Source: a virus (lineage: Duplodnaviria; Heunggongvirae; Uroviricota; Caudoviricetes). Taken from it: a stretch of DNA of 30,596 nt. The notes under the pieces were generated by a model. The model ran no database searches. It saw only the letters and a list, made by a program, of their open reading frames with translations, and was not told the DNA's origin. Of this stretch, positions 10,387 to 15,506 are shown piece by piece (the stretch's first letter is position 1; each line of letters starts with the position of its first letter). The stretch lies in IMG/VR virus record IMGVR_UViG_3300031088_000799; one strand, 5' to 3'. The translations under genes and the position numbers were made by a program.

Positions 10387-10722
10387 TTAAGGTAATGGCT
10401 GCAAAATAATACTGCTTAATACAACACAACATAAGATAACAAAAAATAAAAGTGAGTCTTCTGATGTGCCAGCATATATTGGCTGATATCTTGAATGAAG
10501 TATAAGAAAGAAAAATCCTATAAAAAGTAGTAACCAAACTGAACATTTCAATTTTAAATATAAACTTGCAAATAAAGATGATGTAAGAAAAGTGTTCTCA
10601 GGTGTTAATAAATCAAAAAAAACTAAACTAATAATTGTTAATAAACTAAAAAGAAGAATGCCATAAATAGCTATAATCGTTTTATAAGTCAATCTAAGTA
10701 GCGGCTTAATCGTGGTAATCAT
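10387..10722 (-). CDS. Small multi-pass membrane protein
   Basis: Three long hydrophobic segments; AAGGA RBS. Confidence 0.7.
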   Translation of the reverse strand: MITTIKPLLRLTYKTIIAIYGILLFSLLTIISLVFFDLLTPENTFLTSSLFASLYLKLKCSVWLLLFIGFFFLILHSRYQPIYAGTSEDSLLFFVILCCVVLSSIILQPLP

Positions 10723-10797
10723 AATATTATTTCCTTATTTTATATCAAACTAATAGATATTTAAAAATCTGCAAGAAAATTATTAGAAAATAAATGA

Positions 10798-11703
10798 TTA
10801 ATCTGGCTCAACAACAAGTGTATGAACTTTTAAATCATCACTTATTTCGATTATCGTAAGTGCTCCTTGTTTATGTTGCTTCATTCCATAAACAGCTCCC
10901 GTATCAATAAAGAATTGATTACCTAACAATAAAGGTTTCTTAACAGGTGTATGTCCATGAAACGTATAAGTTACATTATCTATGTAACTCTTATGACGTA
11001 ACTTCTTTTTAAATTTACCCAGTACATACCTAAAAGAAAAAGAAATGCCATGTTTAAGATAAGGCAACGTTTTTCTAGTTGTGATAATTCTATACAATGT
11101 TGTTCTGTTCCATAAGCCATCTTTCAAAAATTTGATATAGGCTTTTCTGGCATATCCCACACCATTCTTTTTCAATTCCATGTAAATTCTTTTACGGCTC
11201 CATAAGGCATCACGAATAACCTTACCAGAATCTTTAATAGAATTCATCTCATGAGATAAGTTAGCATCTCGAAGATAGTTTTTAAATTCGTTCCAATCAT
11301 TAAACTGCTGAGGAACTTGTGCATGGACCAAACCAACCAGACCAATAGAGGTTTCTATTTCGATAGCAAGAGGTAGTTTTTTAATAATGGTAAGGCATTT
11401 ATCTTTGTCTTCTGGTGTTAGTTCATTATACCAATCCTTAGCATAAGCTAAGTGACCAGTTAATAACATCGTTTCATGATTACCTAAGATAGCAAAAAAC
11501 CAGTCTTCATTATTTAAAGCTAAGACTTCTAATGATTTTGGTCCACGGTCAATCAAGTCCCCTACTGAAAAGAGGCGATCAATATTTTTATCGAAGTTAA
11601 CGGAAGCTAATAGATTAAACAACTGGTCATAAACGCCATGAATATCACCAACAATAAAATCTCGTCCTTTTTCATTTTTACCAAATGAATGTAATTGATA
11701 CAT
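10798..11703 (-). CDS. Calcineurin-like metallophosphoesterase (lambda NinI/PphA-like Ser/Thr phosphatase family)
   Basis: Motifs GDIHG, VGDLIDRG, GNHE, HGHTP, IDTGA. Confidence 0.9.
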   Translation of the reverse strand: MYQLHSFGKNEKGRDFIVGDIHGVYDQLFNLLASVNFDKNIDRLFSVGDLIDRGPKSLEVLALNNEDWFFAILGNHETMLLTGHLAYAKDWYNELTPEDKDKCLTIIKKLPLAIEIETSIGLVGLVHAQVPQQFNDWNEFKNYLRDANLSHEMNSIKDSGKVIRDALWSRKRIYMELKKNGVGYARKAYIKFLKDGLWNRTTLYRIITTRKTLPYLKHGISFSFRYVLGKFKKKLRHKSYIDNVTYTFHGHTPVKKPLLLGNQFFIDTGAVYGMKQHKQGALTIIEISDDLKVHTLVVEPD

Positions 11704-11795
11704 TAAACAAACCTTTTCTAAGTTTATTCTAATATCTTATAGTAATTTTTAAGGTTGGTCTATGGTGATATTTTGAAATGATAGTTTTCATGAAT

Positions 11796-11824
11796 AAAAA
11801 AAGAACAACATAAGGTTGTTCTTT
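11796..11824 (-). terminator. Terminator closing the tRNA/endonuclease transcript
   Basis: Minus strand AAAGAACAAC-CTTAT-GTTGTTCTTT followed by a T-run, just after the endonuclease stop. Confidence 0.75.
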
Positions 11825-11828
11825 GTTT

Positions 11829-12221
11829 TTATTTAATAATTTGTTCTTTACATTCAATAAAGTATTTATGTTTATTATTTACATTTACAGACTTTCTATT
11901 GTGAAGATCTTTTGACGGAAAAATATAATAGTTACCATCTCCATCTAAAATAAAAATTTCATCTACCTTTGTTGAATCAATACGTTTAGCAATTTTATTC
12001 CAAGATTGATTGCCACCAGAAGTTACTAATGAAACTTGATAAGATATTTGATTATCTTTATATCGAGAACTTTTGCATTCTACTTTTTTCAAAACACCAT
12101 CAATATCTACAATCAAATCATAATAACTTGAATGATTAAGTGGTTTACTAACAGTGTACCCAAGAGACGCATAATAAAAAACTGCGAACGCTTCGCAGTT
12201 ATCACCTTGTGCTTTATTCAT
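11829..12221 (-). CDS. PD-(D/E)XK endonuclease, homing-endonuclease-like (I-Ssp6803I / PDDEXK_5 type)
   Basis: G...E near the N-terminus, YDLIVD, KKVECKS (E-x-K), VDEIFI; GTGAGG RBS lies within the 16 nt after the last tRNA. Confidence 0.8.
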   Translation of the reverse strand: MNKAQGDNCEAFAVFYYASLGYTVSKPLNHSSYYDLIVDIDGVLKKVECKSSRYKDNQISYQVSLVTSGGNQSWNKIAKRIDSTKVDEIFILDGDGNYYIFPSKDLHNRKSVNVNNKHKYFIECKEQIIK

Positions 12222-12237
12222 AAAAACCTCACTTGTT

Positions 12238-12325
12238 TGGCGGAAGCGGTGAGATTCGAACTCACGGGGCTGTTACACCCGACAGTTTTCAAGACTGTTG
12301 CCTTAAACCACTCGGCCACGCTTCC
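12238..12325 (-). tRNA. trnS: tRNA-Ser(UGA), copy 2
   Basis: GGAAGCG/CGCTTCC acceptor stem, ACAGT-CTTGAAA-ACTGT, long variable arm, TTCGAAT T-loop, encoded CCA, 88 nt. Confidence 0.97.
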
Positions 12326-12329
12326 ATGT

Positions 12330-12382
12330 TGGTGGGTAGCGGTTAACCATCATTACAACATAATGACAGCCCCATACTTCCC
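12330..12382 (-). ncRNA. 53-nt CCA-ended tRNA-like minihelix or degenerate tRNA-Tyr remnant
   Basis: GGGAAGT/GCTACCC acceptor-like stem + ACCA; internal TGTCATTA/TAATGATG hairpin; no D or T arm; sits in tRNA position in the array. Confidence 0.55.
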
Positions 12383-12395
12383 ATAAATCTAAATT

Positions 12396-12479
12396 TGGTG
12401 AGTGCTGATGGATTCGAACCACCGTGTCTTCCGAAGGAGGGTTACAACCTCCCGCAATCGGCCTCTATGCGAAGCACCC
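12396..12479 (-). tRNA. trnY: tRNA-Tyr(GUA)
   Basis: GGGTGCT/AGCACTC, GGAGG-TTGTAAC-CCTCC, TTCGAAT, ACCA, 84 nt. Confidence 0.95.
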
Positions 12480-12502
12480 ATAATAAAACGTTGTATCTAA
12501 TT

Positions 12503-12590
12503 TGGCGGAAGCTGTGGGATTCGAACTCACGGAGCTGTTACACTCGACAGTTTTCAAGACTGTTGCCTTAAACCACTCGGCCAAGCTTCC
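12503..12590 (-). tRNA. trnS: tRNA-Ser(UGA), copy 1
   Basis: GGAAGCT/AGCTTCC, ACAGT-CTTGAAA-ACTGT, long variable arm, one A-C mismatch in the T-stem, GCCA, 88 nt. Confidence 0.95.
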
Positions 12591-12612
12591 ATATACTGTT
12601 TTACAACTAATT

Positions 12613-12701
12613 TGGTGGACGCCCAAGGATTCGAACCTCACGCCAACCGACCTGTCTTATTAAGGCGTCGCTTTTACAGAGCGATGACAGGAAAGGCGTC
12701 C
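12613..12701 (-). tRNA. Atypical tRNA-Tyr(GUA)-like RNA lacking a conventional D-arm, with enlarged variable arm
   Basis: Perfect GGACGCC/GGCGTCC acceptor stem + ACCA, TCGCT-CTGTAAA-AGCGA, TGAGG-TTCGAAT-CCTTG; only 10 nt between acceptor and anticodon stems; 27-nt variable region. Confidence 0.8.
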
Positions 12702-12726
12702 ATTATTCTTACTATTACATCTAATT

Positions 12727-12810
12727 TGGTAGAGAGGACTGGATTCGAACCAGTGCGTCTTTCGAGCTTGATTTACAGTCAAGTGCCATCAACCACTCGG
12801 CCACCTCTCC
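12727..12810 (-). tRNA. trnY: tRNA-Tyr(GUA)
   Basis: GGAGAGG/CCTCTCT (G1-U72), CTTGA-CTGTAAA-TCAAG, ACCA, 84 nt. Confidence 0.95.
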
Positions 12811-12833
12811 ATTGAAACAATTTACATCTAATT

Positions 12834-12917
12834 TGGTGGGTAGTGATGGATTCGAACCACCGTGCCTTTCGGATTTGATTTACAGTCAAACGCAATCGTC
12901 CACTCTGCCAACTACCC
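12834..12917 (-). tRNA. trnY: tRNA-Tyr(GUA)
   Basis: GGGTAGT/ACTACCC, TTTGA-CTGTAAA-TCAAA, ACCA, 84 nt. Confidence 0.97.
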
Positions 12918-12940
12918 ATAAAAAAATTTACAACTAAATT

Positions 12941-13031
12941 TGGAGGTGTGTGTGAGATTTGAACTCACGAGGCCATTTTCAGACCTATCTCCTTAGCAGG
13001 GAGACGTATTCGACCGCTCTACCAACACACC
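12941..13031 (-). tRNA. trnS: tRNA-Ser(GCU)
   Basis: GGTGTGT/ACACACC, TCTCC-CTGCTAA-GGAGA, long variable arm AGGTC/GGCCT, TTCAAAT T-loop, U73, CCA, 91 nt. Confidence 0.95.
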
Positions 13032-13045
13032 ATATAACTTTAATT

Positions 13046-13133
13046 TGGAGGAAGATGTGAGATTCGAACTCACGGAGCTGTTACACCCTTCAGTTTTCTA
13101 GACTGACGCCATCGGCCACTCGACCAATCTTCC
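13046..13133 (-). tRNA. trnS: tRNA-Ser(AGA), A34 anticodon
   Basis: GGAAGAT/ATCTTCC, TCAGT-CTAGAAA-ACTGA, Ser-type long variable arm, U73, CCA, 88 nt. Confidence 0.93.
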
Positions 13134-13182
13134 ATATTATCTAGAAGAGTTTTTGTTTGTTTCCTCACTCTTCATGTTTAAC

Positions 13183-13211
13183 ATTCTATCAACTCTTTTC
13201 ATCTTTGTCAA
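13183..13211 (-). promoter_or_regulatory. Near-consensus sigma70 promoter directly upstream of the tRNA array
   Basis: TTGACA-17 bp-TAGAAT with an A/T-rich UP-element-like region upstream. Confidence 0.85.
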
Positions 13212-13302
13212 CAACTTTTTTAAATTATTTTCAACTATTTTTCCTTTAAATCAATAACTTATATAAATTATGGTTGAATGAAAACCTGCCTATTATAGAC
13301 AT

Positions 13303-13335
13303 AAAAAAACCCTCTGAAGGTGGCCTTCAAAGGGT
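13303..13335 (-). terminator. Intrinsic terminator (putative attenuator 3:4 hairpin)
   Basis: ACCCTTTGAAGG-CCA-CCTTCAGAGGGT (12 bp, one G-U) followed by a T-run. Confidence 0.85.
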
Positions 13336-13394
13336 CTAAGATAATTACTATCCAAGAATTCGAGGCCATAACTGACCTCTTCTCTGGTCAGTTA
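13321..13394 (-). promoter_or_regulatory. Putative antiterminator and protector hairpins of a leader-peptide attenuator
   Basis: TGGCCTCGAA (13368-13359) pairs with TTTG(A)AGGCCA (13331-13321), which is part of the terminator 5' arm and loop; TAACTGACC/GGTCAGTTA 9-bp hairpin begins at the leader stop codon. Confidence 0.7.
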
Positions 13395-13445
13395 GCGAGA
13401 ATATGAATAATAATAGGATGAACTGAATTTAAATGTAGGTTTCAT
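13392..13445 (-). CDS. Ser/Tyr-rich leader peptide MKPTFKFSSSYYYSYSR
   Basis: GGAG RBS at 13459-13456; ATG AAA CCT ACA TTT AAA TTC AGT TCA TCC TAT TAT TAT TCA TAT TCT CGC TAA; below the ORF-track length cutoff. Confidence 0.85.
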   Translation of the reverse strand: MKPTFKFSSSYYYSYSR

Positions 13446-13478
13446 TTTTGTATTGCTCCAAAAGTAATAATAGTATCC

Positions 13479-13507
13479 ATTATAACAGTATTCATAAAAA
13501 AACTCAA
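13479..13507 (-). promoter_or_regulatory. sigma70 promoter for the leader
   Basis: TTGAGT-17 bp-TATAAT with TGn extended -10. Confidence 0.75.
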
Positions 13508-13520
13508 GCAATCTATTTTT

Positions 13521-14429
13521 TTATTTAAAAGACATTCGAGCAGGATCACTGGCAGCAGCTTCAATAGCTTTAAATTGACCACTGGTTAACATCTCTGAGA
13601 ACACAGTTTCTATTTTAAGACCCATTCTACCAATAGCTTTATCATTTAACTCATTAAGACTATTAGCACAAATCCCAACACAACGAAGTTTCCAGAAATA
13701 AGCATTTTCAAAATCATTAATGCCTAAATAAACACCCATAATATGGAAGGGAATGATGTTATCAGAAGGATAAAGCTTACTATAAAACTCTACTGCATGT
13801 TCTGAGTTCTTAGGATAAACGAAACCTTTGCTGAGTTGATAGGCGTATAAAAGAATTAAATCGTTATCAACAGTCTCACCCACCTTGGAAGATTCAGCAA
13901 GTGCCGCGAACTCTTTACTATATTTTATTTGCAAGGCTTCTACTTTTGCAATGCTAGATTTATCATACTGAGCTTGTTTTGTAGTATACAATTCAAGGAA
14001 TGCCTTCTTATTACCAGTAGCTAACGCAGCATCTAAATAATCAAACAAAGCCTTCAAACCATCATACTTACGAATTAAGTTACATGTATAGAGAGAACTT
14101 CCATGAGCATCCCTAATGGTTTCCTTAATAGTAAATTTAGATTGTCTAATAATCATATTAGTCGATGGGCTTGTATACACAATTCTCTTATGATCTTTAT
14201 CTACGCCATGATAAGCTTTTACTAAAAGAGAATAAGCATCATAAGGATCATTTAGGCTTTTTGCTTGATTCAAAATACCTTCTAACTGCTGATTAAAATA
14301 ATTGCAAGCATCATTCATATCAGAAAGAGTGATATAATTTTTTTTCTCAACTTGTTTTGGCTCTGAATCACCACACCCGGTTAAGATTAAAAAGGCCAAG
14401 GAACAAACAACTGCTTTAAATTTATGCAT
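13521..14429 (-). CDS. Lipoprotein with a C-terminal Sel1-like repeat
   Basis: Signal peptide with lipobox LTGC; segment LLYAYQLSKGFVYPKNSEHAVEFYSK resembles a Sel1-like repeat. Confidence 0.7.
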   Translation of the reverse strand: MHKFKAVVCSLAFLILTGCGDSEPKQVEKKNYITLSDMNDACNYFNQQLEGILNQAKSLNDPYDAYSLLVKAYHGVDKDHKRIVYTSPSTNMIIRQSKFTIKETIRDAHGSSLYTCNLIRKYDGLKALFDYLDAALATGNKKAFLELYTTKQAQYDKSSIAKVEALQIKYSKEFAALAESSKVGETVDNDLILLYAYQLSKGFVYPKNSEHAVEFYSKLYPSDNIIPFHIMGVYLGINDFENAYFWKLRCVGICANSLNELNDKAIGRMGLKIETVFSEMLTSGQFKAIEAAASDPARMSFK

Positions 14430-14439
14430 AAAATCTCCT

Positions 14440-14622
14440 TTACGATAGTTTCCAAGTGATTAGAGTTTCTAATGGTTGAAGTTCAAGCTCTTGACCAGAG
14501 ATAATTCTGAAAATAACATTCCGACAATCTTCATGAATATTTTCATCAAATTTTTTTTTTAAATCTAGTCCTTCTTGTTCTGTATCAAAACCAGTAATTC
14601 TCCTATAAAAAATATAAAGCAC
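14440..14622 (-). CDS. Small hypothetical protein or gene remnant
   Basis: 60-aa ORF filling the gap on the coding strand; no clear RBS. Confidence 0.4.
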   Translation of the reverse strand: MLYIFYRRITGFDTEQEGLDLKKKFDENIHEDCRNVIFRIISGQELELQPLETLITWKLS

Positions 14623-14664
14623 ATTTTAACAGCTATACAAAATATGTCAATTTAAATTTAACTA

Positions 14665-15441
14665 TCAGATTGTATACATAGACAGCAAATCAACTTTTGT
14701 AGACAACTTATCGCGTGGATAAAGAATAAGTTCTTGTCGAATTTCATCTGATGAATCTAACTGATAAATCAAGTTATCAATATATTCATCCACAAATACA
14801 TCTCCATGATATTCAGGATCAAAGTTTGCATTATTCTCAAAAAAATCATCAAAGAAAAATTCTTCTTTTTTAACATAATGAATCGTTTTTTCATAGATAT
14901 TGATAGCAAATAATTGTTTATTTTTTCTGTTGTCAAAAAACTTGATCATAGGAACAATAAAGAAGCTTCCATTTTTATTCATTTTAAAATGATTTTCAAA
15001 ATAGATACGATAATGAATGTTATGTAATTTATCCACTAAAAAAGAAGAATATTTTGTATCTGGTAGTAAGGGTAACGAAAAGAAATCACTACTACGTTTA
15101 AATGAAAACCAATCATTAGCTGTCATATTATTTTTTAATTTGAATACTTTATTAAAATTACTGTTAGAATTTATTAATCGGAAGAATTCATCAATAATTT
15201 TAAAGTCTATTCGCTTCATTTTATGAATGGAAAATAGGTTTTTCACTTCTGGAAGATATCTATTATTGGTTTTAATGTGACTGATAGTGCCACCTTGAAT
15301 AACAAAACGAACAAATGATTTGTCATCAAAATTTGATGAGAAATAGTAGGATTCGTTATATTTTTTAAAATCAACAGTGGTTTTAGGGTAACGCTTCTGA
15401 AATAAATCAGTAATCATTTGTTTAGTGTCGATAGCTTTCAT
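14665..15441 (-). CDS. Hypothetical protein, paralog family B (copy 1)
   Basis: Start refined to MKAIDTK (GGAG RBS); shares NHFK...G.FF.VPMI.FF...QLFA.NIYE.TI with 15908-16693; C-terminal LLSMYTI. Confidence 0.85.
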   Translation of the reverse strand: MKAIDTKQMITDLFQKRYPKTTVDFKKYNESYYFSSNFDDKSFVRFVIQGGTISHIKTNNRYLPEVKNLFSIHKMKRIDFKIIDEFFRLINSNSNFNKVFKLKNNMTANDWFSFKRSSDFFSLPLLPDTKYSSFLVDKLHNIHYRIYFENHFKMNKNGSFFIVPMIKFFDNRKNKQLFAINIYEKTIHYVKKEEFFFDDFFENNANFDPEYHGDVFVDEYIDNLIYQLDSSDEIRQELILYPRDKLSTKVDLLSMYTI

Positions 15442-15506
15442 GAATGACAACTCCAAAAATTTGGATAATTTTATCACGTTATCGACAGTTTATCAATATG
15501 TATTAT

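Noticed and set aside
11829-12325. Group I intron carrying the endonuclease inside a tRNA
   Set aside because: The adjacent tRNA-Ser is uninterrupted, the ORF begins 16 nt after its CCA, and there is no room for an intron core.
12330-12382. Reading the minihelix as tRNA-Asn(GUU)
   Set aside because: A 7-nt ATGTTGT loop can be drawn, but its flanks pair further and there are no D/T arms; the acceptor end looks Tyr-like.
12612-12815. 67-aa plus-strand ORF (also 12132-12386)
   Set aside because: Antisense shadows of GC-rich tRNA genes; no RBS.
12387-13045. Repeated spacer motif as a CRISPR array
   Set aside because: Repeats are only 9-13 nt and the intervening units are tRNAs; no cas genes.
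13292-13320. Third promoter (TATAAT at 13297-13292)
   Set aside because: No acceptable -35 at 16-18 bp and no TGn extension.
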